Positions 1-6,911 of a DNA stretch of 25,642 bases are shown one piece after another. Positions within the stretch are counted from its first letter, which is position 1. Each line of letters opens with the position of its first letter. The notes under the pieces are model-generated. The model saw only the letters and a program-made list of their open reading frames with translations. It was not told the DNA's origin and searched no databases. The DNA comes from a virus (lineage: Duplodnaviria > Caudoviricetes): IMG/VR virus record IMGVR_UViG_3300005611_000175, positions 1-25,642 of that record, one strand, 5' to 3'. The translations under genes and the position numbers were made by a program.

Positions 1-263
1 GGGTTGGGTGCGATGTGCGGGCTGCGGGTCGCGGTCGGGCTCGCCGAGCTGGTGGCCTTGAAGTACATGGCCCGAGCCGGGTCCGAGGCGCCGTCAGCGA
101 CCGTAGTCGTGGCGTCGGCGTCCGAGGCGAAGCAGTCCTGCGTGCCGTAACCAAGAGCCTCACCGATCAGCTCCAAGTTGAGGTTGGTGGTGACGCCCCA
201 GGTACCGGATCCTTCCCCGGTCGCGAGTTCAGTCAGTCGCAGATCGTTGACGTAAGTGGCCAT
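1..263 (-). CDS. Tail/virion structural protein, N-terminal part (runs off the left edge)
   Basis: Not in the ORF track. ATG at 263 after GAGGGAAG; reads MATYVNDLRLTELATGEGSGTWGVTTNLNLELIGEALGYG..., an N-terminus I recognise from tail-associated proteins of environmental podoviruses. Open to the window edge. Confidence 0.8.
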   Translation of the reverse strand, partial: MATYVNDLRLTELATGEGSGTWGVTTNLNLELIGEALGYGTQDCFASDADATTTVADGASDPARAMYFKATSSASPTATRSPHIAPN

Positions 264-280
264 GTTCTTCCCTCACTCTG

Positions 281-1003
281 TCAGGCGGCGTCCCGCCCAG
301 CATCAATTTCCTCATAATTAGGCGTCTGGCTTGTGCTGATGGGCGCATAACCAGGGGACTGGGTCGTGCTAATCGTCGCATAGTTCGGCGTTTGGTCGGT
401 GTCAATTTCACCATAAACCAGAACTTTGCCCAAGATGCTTGTTAAGGTGACTCCGCTTAGCTCGACAATGGCTGCGGCGTCGACAATCAAAGATCCAACT
501 TGAGCGGTAGACTGTACCCCGGTGGGTTCAACCACTGCCGTGGCGACAATCTCCACAGAGCCCACAGCGCTGGTCATGAGCTGGCTGGCAGGCACAACAT
601 TCGCCTTCGCCACCACGCCCACAACCCCTAGGGCAGAAGTCACTACCCCAGCCGAGGTGATCTCAATCACCGCCTCGCCATCGATCTCAATGACCCCAAC
701 GCCAGCGGTGGTCTGCTGCCCAGCAGGGAAGACGTTCGCAAGACCGATAACGCTAGGAGCGCCAAGGGCAGACGTGACTAATTGTGAGCCTGGGCTCACG
801 TTTGCTTTCGCAACAACCGAAACGGTGCCTAGGGCGCTGGTGATGGCCTGCCCGGTAAGCGGGACGTTGGCTTCGGCGATGACCGCAAGGGAACCAACAG
901 CGGAGGTGGTTTGGACCCCGGTGACAGGAACGTCAATGTATAGGGGAGTGCCCCAGGCGCCTAAGCCCCAGGTACCCCTACCCCAACCTTCCTGAATCGC
1001 CAC
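281..1003 (-). CDS. Virion structural (tail-associated) protein with WG-rich N-terminus and V/T/S/G/A-rich repeats
   Basis: 240 aa, GTG start; GWGRGTWGLGAWG followed by repeated TSA(V/L)G-x-V...A-x-ANV units; adjacent to the tail gene at 1..263. Confidence 0.75.
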   Translation of the reverse strand: MAIQEGWGRGTWGLGAWGTPLYIDVPVTGVQTTSAVGSLAVIAEANVPLTGQAITSALGTVSVVAKANVSPGSQLVTSALGAPSVIGLANVFPAGQQTTAGVGVIEIDGEAVIEITSAGVVTSALGVVGVVAKANVVPASQLMTSAVGSVEIVATAVVEPTGVQSTAQVGSLIVDAAAIVELSGVTLTSILGKVLVYGEIDTDQTPNYATISTTQSPGYAPISTSQTPNYEEIDAGRDAA

Positions 1004-1004
1004 G

Positions 1005-1148
1005 CTACTCGCTGAGATCTGCGGCGGCAGAAGTTAGGCTGGCAAGCACCTCGGTCAGGATTTGACGCACAGGGGTGGTCATATAATCCTGGGCGAGCAT
1101 GCCCTCAACCTTTTTGATGCAAAACTGGATCTCTTCCAAAGCGCTCAT
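1005..1148 (-). CDS. Small hypothetical protein (47 aa, MSALEEIQFCIKK...)
   Basis: Translated by hand; AGGAGG SD upstream of ATG 1148; TAG at 1005-1007 lies 1 nt before the next start. Confidence 0.7.
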   Translation of the reverse strand: MSALEEIQFCIKKVEGMLAQDYMTTPVRQILTEVLASLTSAAADLSE

Positions 1149-1187
1149 GGCGAGCCTCCTAAATGGAGTACCCGCCCGAGTATACCC

Positions 1188-1985
1188 TTAACTGGCGTAA
1201 TCGTAATGCAGTCCTTGCTCTTTGCGGCGAAGGATCCGCGCCACCTTCGTTGGGCTCATGTTACGCGCATTGGCGTGGAGAGAACGCACCTGCCGAGCAA
1301 TGCGGTGGGAACCAAGATTTCGATCAGCCAAGCGGTGGATCGTGCGGATCACGCGCTGCTCATCCTCCACCGGCTCAAGGCGCACCCGGCGCTTGGAGCC
1401 GTGATACTCCTCCACCTTCTTGAAGCCGTAGGGCGTCTTCCCACCAATGGAGTAGCCCTTCTCCGCCCAGTCAATCTTGCCCTCAGCAAAGCGCTCCTTG
1501 ATCGTGCCGTGCTCAATCTCCGCCACAGCAGAGAGAACCATGAGCATGATCTGGTTGGCCATATAGTTCATGTCAAACTTAGAGCGCAGCCCAGCGCGCT
1601 TCTCATCACGCGGATAAACAATCGGCATGTCGCCAAACTGCTCGCAGAAGTAAAGGGAGATGCCGGTCTCCTGCAGGATCGGGATCACGTTCAGGAGATC
1701 CGAGGTCGAACGGGAGAAGCGATCAAGGCGGGTGCAAACCACGATGTCCCACTCATCGATCACGTCAGTGAGAGCGCGGGAGCCAGGGCGCTCAACGATG
1801 TCGACCTTACCGGATACGCCTTCATCGACGAAGATCTCGGTGACCTTTCGATTCCATTTGTCCTTTACGAAGGTTTCGATCAATTTTTTCTGAGTATCAA
1901 TAGAAATCCCGTTCTTCGCCTGCTCAGGCGTCGACACCCGCACATAACCATAGATGTTGCGGATCTCATGGGTCGGGTTGATCAC
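1188..1985 (-). CDS. Serine recombinase (resolvase catalytic domain plus short recombinase-type C-terminal domain)
   Basis: YGYVRVSTPEQ (catalytic Ser), DEGVSG, ERPG, RLDRFSRS, E-helix AEIEHGTIKER, then GGKTPYGF and E-x-x-VIRTI...S-x-RIA typical of the start of the Recombinase domain. Confidence 0.92.
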   Translation of the reverse strand: MINPTHEIRNIYGYVRVSTPEQAKNGISIDTQKKLIETFVKDKWNRKVTEIFVDEGVSGKVDIVERPGSRALTDVIDEWDIVVCTRLDRFSRSTSDLLNVIPILQETGISLYFCEQFGDMPIVYPRDEKRAGLRSKFDMNYMANQIMLMVLSAVAEIEHGTIKERFAEGKIDWAEKGYSIGGKTPYGFKKVEEYHGSKRRVRLEPVEDEQRVIRTIHRLADRNLGSHRIARQVRSLHANARNMSPTKVARILRRKEQGLHYDYAS

Positions 1986-2209
1986 TTGATGCCCCCCTTG
2001 TAGCCATACTGGACCATCTCTTCATGGAGCCGCTGCCAGTTGATGTCCAACGGCTTCCAGTTCTCAGAGCGATCCGCAAACAAGCACACCCCATCCTTGT
2101 GGATCTCCACGGCGCGGTAGTTCTTCGGCACGCCGTCATAAACCAACTCAAGGTCGTGGAGCTTGCAGGTGCGGCGCACGCGATTGTAGAAGCGCTTCTT
2201 CTCGTTCAC
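1982..2209 (-). CDS. Hypothetical protein (75 aa)
   Basis: 4-nt overlaps with both neighbours; GAGGAGG SD. Confidence 0.75.
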   Translation of the reverse strand: MNEKKRFYNRVRRTCKLHDLELVYDGVPKNYRAVEIHKDGVCLFADRSENWKPLDINWQRLHEEMVQYGYKGGIK

Positions 2210-2469
2210 GCGACCTCCTCAGCGAAAGCAAGGAGGTAGTCCTTGGCGATGTCGGTCTCCGCGATCTCATCAAGAGCCTTCAAGAGGTACTCAGCAAGTT
2301 CGGGGTTCCTGTAGGTGGCTTCGACCGCAAGGGCCGCAGCCGTCCACTTCCCAGGCGCCTTGGCCGCAGTGGCCTCAAAGAGCGTGGGCAGCAAGGGAAC
2401 CTTGCCCAAGGGGACCGCGTAACGAGCCGCGAAGACAGCCAACTCAGTGGCAAGCGCATCGTTCTTCAT
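2206..2469 (-). CDS. Hypothetical protein (87 aa, MKNDALATEL...)
   Basis: Start moved to ATG 2469 (GGAGG SD, downstream of the promoter at 2505-2533); the track's longer ORF reads through the promoter. Confidence 0.75.
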   Translation of the reverse strand: MKNDALATELAVFAARYAVPLGKVPLLPTLFEATAAKAPGKWTAAALAVEATYRNPELAEYLLKALDEIAETDIAKDYLLAFAEEVA

Positions 2470-2504
2470 CACAACCTCCAAAGAGAAAACAAGAACACAG
2501 GAGC

Positions 2505-2565
2505 AATATAGCAGTCCCCGTGTCGTTATGCAAGTGTTTGCATAAAAGAATAGAGGCGCTATACT
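2505..2565. promoter_or_regulatory. Back-to-back sigma70-type promoters; the leftward one carries the CGACACGG box
   Basis: Minus: TTGCAT-17-TATATT with TG extension, box at 2518-2525. Plus: TTGCAT(2538)-16-TATACT(2560). The two -35 elements form the palindrome ATGCAA-GTGT-TTGCAT. Confidence 0.75.
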
Positions 2566-2590
2566 GCCCTGCGCAACCAAGGAGAGCTGC

Positions 2591-2746
2591 ATGGAAATCA
2601 AAGTGAGCATCGACCGCAGCGACCTCGACGCCATCGTAGAAGCCATTGGCTACATGACCGACGAGATCGCTTACCTGCGTCAAACGCTTGAGGAGATCAA
2701 GGAGCTGGCGGATGGAAAAATACTTTCAGACCCTGACGTTCACTAG
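2591..2746 (+). CDS. Small acidic, probably coiled-coil protein (51 aa, MEIKVSIDRSDLDAIVE...)
   Basis: Translated by hand; AAGGAG SD; lies downstream of the plus-strand promoter. Confidence 0.7.
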   Translation: MEIKVSIDRSDLDAIVEAIGYMTDEIAYLRQTLEEIKELADGKILSDPDVH

Positions 2747-2855
2747 ACCGCAGACGGTCAAAGCGTGGAAGAGGGCTCTCAGGGTCCAGCACGGGGTAGG
2801 GCCAGAGGCGGATTACATTATCCGCCTTTGGCTAGAGGAGGTTAATCCAAGTTAA
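2712..2855 (+). CDS. Small hypothetical protein (47 aa, MEKYFQTLTF...)
   Basis: Translated by hand; AAGGAG SD inside the previous gene; converges on the stop of the 1016-aa gene. Confidence 0.45.
   Translation: MEKYFQTLTFTRPQTVKAWKRALRVQHGVGPEADYIIRLWLEEVNPS
2801..2832. terminator. 13-bp hairpin between convergent transcripts (no U-tract)
   Basis: GCCAGAGGCGGAT-TACATT-ATCCGCCTTTGGC, 9 nt past the stop of the 1016-aa gene. Confidence 0.4.
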
Positions 2856-5800
2856 GGGATCCTATCCCTCTCTTCGCTTCCGACGACGCTCCAGCACCCG
2901 CTGAAGCACGCCCTGCATCACGGGAGACTGAGCGTCCATTTCCGCCAGATCCTCCCTCAAATTGTAGTCGAAGTTCTGTGCCTTGAAGTAATTCTCCAGT
3001 GTCTTCTCGGACGGGCTTTGGTTGGTCAAAGGCCCCGCTGTTGTCGATCCTCGTATAGCCATCAGCAATACCCTCTTCTCGTAGCAGGTTGTAAGTTTGG
3101 GTCGGTTTGTCGCCCACCGACCGAATTTTGCTCGCTGGGAGAATGCGCCCAGTGCTAGCAAACCTATTATACATTCTTATAGCCGCTTCTTCAGCAGGAA
3201 CCACCACATCCACCAGCTGGACGTTGTAACCGGCATCCCTCAAGGCAGAGATGCGGGCGCGGATCTTGTCTGCATTATCCCCTACCGTGGGGATAACCAA
3301 GTTGTCGCCCTCCTTGATAGCCGCTTGCTCTAGCAGCTGGGCGATAGCCTTCGACTCTTGGTGAACCGCATTGGCGCCCACCCCACCCTCATACTCAGGC
3401 AATACCTTCTTTGCCTCATCTGCATCGATGATGGTGGCGTTGATCTTGCGAGCAATAGGATTGGCGATTGTGCTTTTCCCAGCTGCAGCAGGACCAAGGA
3501 CGATAACCGCAGTCTTCGGTCCTTCGGTCTTCATCGGCCCAGGGTAGGGGATATTGTCATCCTCCCAAGCAAAGCGTCTGAGGTGATCATGCAGCTCATC
3601 TACGGCATTATCGTAACCCGTGACGACTCGGGCGCCATCCCCAGACCCAAAGATGAATTGGCGGTTCTGGACCCACTCCTCGGTGTTGTAGAGCGGATTA
3701 TCCACCGTCTCAGGGATCTCGCTTAGGCGGGCCTGCGCGGCAACCACCGTGGGGTGCTCGTCGATCAGCTGGCGGAGGTTCGGATCCTGACGCTCAATGG
3801 CTTGGGTCAGAACGTTCTTGAACTCAGCCAGCTCAGCCCTGGAGAGCATGCGGGGGGCCTTAGCAGCAGCACCAACCAGCGGAATGGCTCCCAGGAGCTG
3901 CAGACCAGTGTCCAAATAGTTCCCCTGCTGCAGGTTCTCCAGCAGGCTCGGGTTCGTCTCTCCCGCAATCATCTCCCCGAAGCCAACCCCCTCCTCAGGC
4001 ATCTGGGGATACAAACCCAAGAGATCCAAAACCCCGCCAACGCCGGTCATCAAACCAGCAAAGTTCAGGGCCTGGGCTTCGGTGGGGCCAGCATCAGCAC
4101 GCACCGGCCCTCCCGGTGTCATTACCATGCCCTCAGCGCTGCGGCTTAACAGCGCCTCTGCCTCTGGCGAGAGCTGGGAGAACTGCTCAAAGATGTCGAT
4201 TTCATCCATAGCACCACCTTGTTCTGCTGCGAGTGCATCTTGAGGCGCCGCGAGGGCTGCTGTGCCAATGGCGCCTGCTCCGAGGGCACCCTTTCCGGAA
4301 GGAAGAAGGTCAGAGGTCACCATATTCACTGACGAGTCTTCGTCTATGGCCGCGAAGACATCCTCAAGAGACGCATTCGGGTTCCCAATGGGCCTTCTTC
4401 CTGAGCGATAGGCGTTCACCGCAGCAGCCTTGGAGCTGACCTGTCCCATGAGCGGCCCTTCAGCGAGGGCAGCATCCTGCAACGCCTTCCCTACACCCTG
4501 GCCCCGAAACTCTTCGTCGACATAGAGATTGAGAACCGAATTGGGCTCACCGGGGCGGGACAAGAGCTTGATGCGGCCACCGGAGACAGGGTCACTCAGC
4601 GTGATCTGCTCGGCGCCTTCCCCAAAGATGTTTGAAGCATCACTGGTGTTGCGGACCAAGCGCTTGCCAATCTCGCCAAGAACGCTGGCTTCTGACTCCT
4701 GGGGGGCGAAGAGCAAACCTGCCCCTACCCCCGTCGCTCCCAAACCAGCAAGGATGTTGGGGTTGCGGCGCTGGTCGGGGTCGAAGGCGGCGAACTGGGA
4801 GCGGATGTTCTTTTCTTGACCGGGCAAGGTGATGATGTGAGACGTTTCCGGGGTCACGCCAGTCATGCCTGGAACCTTGGTTCTCCCCAGGAAGCCCCGG
4901 CGATTAGTTCCGAATTTGAGATCGACGGTGTTATCGATGATCCCTTCGAAACCAAGGTTCTGAATGGTCTGGCGCGAGATCTCTCCCGGCGACAAAAGAT
5001 CTCCGGTCGCCTCGTCATAGGCTTCCGGCGCATTTCTTCGAATTGCTGCATCAATATCCGCTATACGCACATCGCCGTCGGCAATATCGCTCGCAATCTC
5101 TTCCAAGACGCTGTTGATGGCCTGCTCATCTTGGTAAATGTCAGTTTCTGAAAGAGCCTCTCGGATCCGAGCGTAAAGACCTTCATCGTCATTAAATCTT
5201 AGATCTTCCGCGTAGTCGAAAATATCGTCCTCATCCGCTGCTGCACCCAAAGCCTGCTTGGCTTCCTCAAGATAGTCTCGGGTGTCGGTCAAAACCGTTG
5301 GATTGTCGCCGCCGATCACTGCGTAGTTCTGGGTGTTGATCCGCAGCGGATAGGTCACGCCGCCAGGGGCGTCGCCGACCAGCTTTGACATAGCGATAGC
5401 TTTGAGTGCTTTATCTGAGTCGTCATAGTAATTTTGAAGGGTTAAGCCCACATCGCTTAAAGCTTTTTCCAAAGCATCTTTGTCGTCTACTAAAGAGTTA
5501 AAAATGCTTAATGCCTCAAGCTCAATTCGCTGGGTTCGGTCTGGTCCTAACCCGGCGTAATTCGCTGTTGCGTCCAGCGGGCTCGTGGTCGCATAGGTGC
5601 CCATGCCAAAATCTGATGCTGGGTTAGCCCCGGACGTGTCGAAAGCGCGAATGTCGAAGGTGGACCCACTGAAGGCTGGGGTGGTGTACCCCTGCTCCTG
5701 CATCCGGGCAGCCTTGCTGGCGGAATCCATGGGTAGCTCGCCAGTGGCGATCTTCTCTGCGGTGCTGCTGGGGTAACCGGCTTGGACCAAGCGGTTGTAG

Positions 5801-5892
5801 GCTTCCCTTACATCACCCCCAAGCTCGGCGATGCGCTTGAGCACCTCACCGCCGAAGGAATAACCGAAGATGTCGATGTCACGGTAATTCAT
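2842..5892 (-). CDS. Polyvalent/multi-effector protein: ART-PolyVal-like ADP-ribosyltransferase fold + GNAT acetyltransferase + pre-toxin-like hairpin + Zeta-toxin-like P-loop kinase
   Basis: aa 70-382: AFSGSTFDIRAFD / FGMGTYATTS..A.ANYA / VTYPLRIN / LGFEGII / NIRSQFAAFDP..PNIL. aa 453-475: VLNLYVDEEFRGQGVGKAL (acetyl-CoA motif A). aa 657-680: GNYLDTGLQLLGAIPLVG...K. aa 794-952: VIVLGPAAAGKST, IIDADEAKK.LPEY, VHQES, NLVIPTVG, GY.V.LV.V, R...TGR, IDN. Confidence 0.8.
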   Translation of the reverse strand: MNYRDIDIFGYSFGGEVLKRIAELGGDVREAYNRLVQAGYPSSTAEKIATGELPMDSASKAARMQEQGYTTPAFSGSTFDIRAFDTSGANPASDFGMGTYATTSPLDATANYAGLGPDRTQRIELEALSIFNSLVDDKDALEKALSDVGLTLQNYYDDSDKALKAIAMSKLVGDAPGGVTYPLRINTQNYAVIGGDNPTVLTDTRDYLEEAKQALGAAADEDDIFDYAEDLRFNDDEGLYARIREALSETDIYQDEQAINSVLEEIASDIADGDVRIADIDAAIRRNAPEAYDEATGDLLSPGEISRQTIQNLGFEGIIDNTVDLKFGTNRRGFLGRTKVPGMTGVTPETSHIITLPGQEKNIRSQFAAFDPDQRRNPNILAGLGATGVGAGLLFAPQESEASVLGEIGKRLVRNTSDASNIFGEGAEQITLSDPVSGGRIKLLSRPGEPNSVLNLYVDEEFRGQGVGKALQDAALAEGPLMGQVSSKAAAVNAYRSGRRPIGNPNASLEDVFAAIDEDSSVNMVTSDLLPSGKGALGAGAIGTAALAAPQDALAAEQGGAMDEIDIFEQFSQLSPEAEALLSRSAEGMVMTPGGPVRADAGPTEAQALNFAGLMTGVGGVLDLLGLYPQMPEEGVGFGEMIAGETNPSLLENLQQGNYLDTGLQLLGAIPLVGAAAKAPRMLSRAELAEFKNVLTQAIERQDPNLRQLIDEHPTVVAAQARLSEIPETVDNPLYNTEEWVQNRQFIFGSGDGARVVTGYDNAVDELHDHLRRFAWEDDNIPYPGPMKTEGPKTAVIVLGPAAAGKSTIANPIARKINATIIDADEAKKVLPEYEGGVGANAVHQESKAIAQLLEQAAIKEGDNLVIPTVGDNADKIRARISALRDAGYNVQLVDVVVPAEEAAIRMYNRFASTGRILPASKIRSVGDKPTQTYNLLREEGIADGYTRIDNSGAFDQPKPVREDTGELLQGTELRLQFEGGSGGNGRSVSRDAGRASAGAGASSEAKRGIGSLNLD

Positions 5893-6304
5893 CCGCAGGT
5901 TCCTGCTGGTAGCGATGCCAGTTGTCTTGCAGGATCTTAAACCATTCCTCCAAAAAAACCACGCAGACGCGATCAGGATCTTGGGGCAGATCGGGGGCTA
6001 GGGCGTAGAGGGGCAGGGTCACGCGGATCGGCTTGTTGTTGAACTTCCAAACCAGCACAGGGATGCGGCCATCGCTCGCTCGCACCACCTGCTCCCACCA
6101 CTCGGTTCGATACCAGAAGCCATCCTTGTACGCCTTGCACTCAATCGCATGGCCGGGGATCTCAATGTCGCAGAGATCGCGGGCTTGGTATTGGTCGAGG
6201 TTGCGCTTGCAGCTGAAGTCGAAACCGGCCTTGGCGGAGAAACCATTCAGGCGCTTGACGATGTCGCGCTCAAAGGCAGCGCCCTTCTGGCGGGAGTTGG
6301 CCAT
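5879..6304 (-). CDS. Holliday junction resolvase-like PD-(D/E)XK nuclease
   Basis: Start moved to ATG 6304: MANSRQKGAAFER...DI...AIECK...WWEQ...P.LVWK, the phage Hjc-like pattern. Confidence 0.85.
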   Translation of the reverse strand: MANSRQKGAAFERDIVKRLNGFSAKAGFDFSCKRNLDQYQARDLCDIEIPGHAIECKAYKDGFWYRTEWWEQVVRASDGRIPVLVWKFNNKPIRVTLPLYALAPDLPQDPDRVCVVFLEEWFKILQDNWHRYQQEPADELP

Positions 6305-6911
6305 ATTCGACCTTCTATGAAATTTTGGAAAATTATATACCCGTAGGGTTCCTTGGCGGCAAGTAACAGAACTCATGGGGTAGGGGGTGCCATAGGGGGG
6401 GGTCTCCTTTGGGTGGAAAATCTGGACCCTAGGGTACCTAAAAACCCGTTACGAATTTGTGGGTATTGAATGCGGCAAACCCAGTTTTAACTTGGTCGCC
6501 ATATGAGGCCGCGATTTAGGGGGGTGCCCCCCGAAAATTTAGTTGCATTTTGCAAGTAAAAACTCAAATCCATAGAGTCCCGGTCACGAGAAATAGTTGC
6601 GTTTTGCAACTATTGCTTTTTGCAACTAATCCACAGGTCTTTAGGCCAGATCTGGTCTGCCATGGGGCAAAACCGACACGTTCTGAGCACAACGCAGACG
6701 CAAACATGAGCGCGGCCTCACGTTCCACTTACGCGGGAAACCGCACCATTGATGAAATCTGTTGAAAACCAGGAAATTGATCGATTTTTTCGATCATGGC
6801 GGGGGCCGGGCGGGAGGCGGGGGAAGCATAGTTTGAATGGGCTGATGGAGTCTAGCGTGCTGATTGGCTCTGAGCAGCCCTGTACTTCGATCTGAGCGGC
6901 GTTAGCTTTGG
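6305..6911. other. Non-coding region rich in palindromes, repeats and G-runs; candidate packaging-initiation/terminus region
   Basis: No credible ORF; G-tracts 6377-6413 and 6801-6823; GGGGGG-TG-CCCCCC 6519-6532; three TTGC-N-TTTTGCAA copies 6540-6628; directly downstream of terS. Confidence 0.5.

Noticed and set aside
1-60. Odd residues at the extreme window ends (left end and 25595-25642)
   Set aside because: Possibly low-quality contig ends; not interpreted biologically.
1188-1985. IS607- or Tn3-type mobile element
   Set aside because: No tnpB or transposase, no N-terminal MerR-like HTH and no terminal repeats seen; the gene is coupled into a phage operon.
6305-6911. tRNA or structured ncRNA in the long intergenic region
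   Set aside because: No cloverleaf, T-loop or known RNA motif recognised; the short palindromes look more like DNA sites. A covariance-model search would be needed to exclude it.
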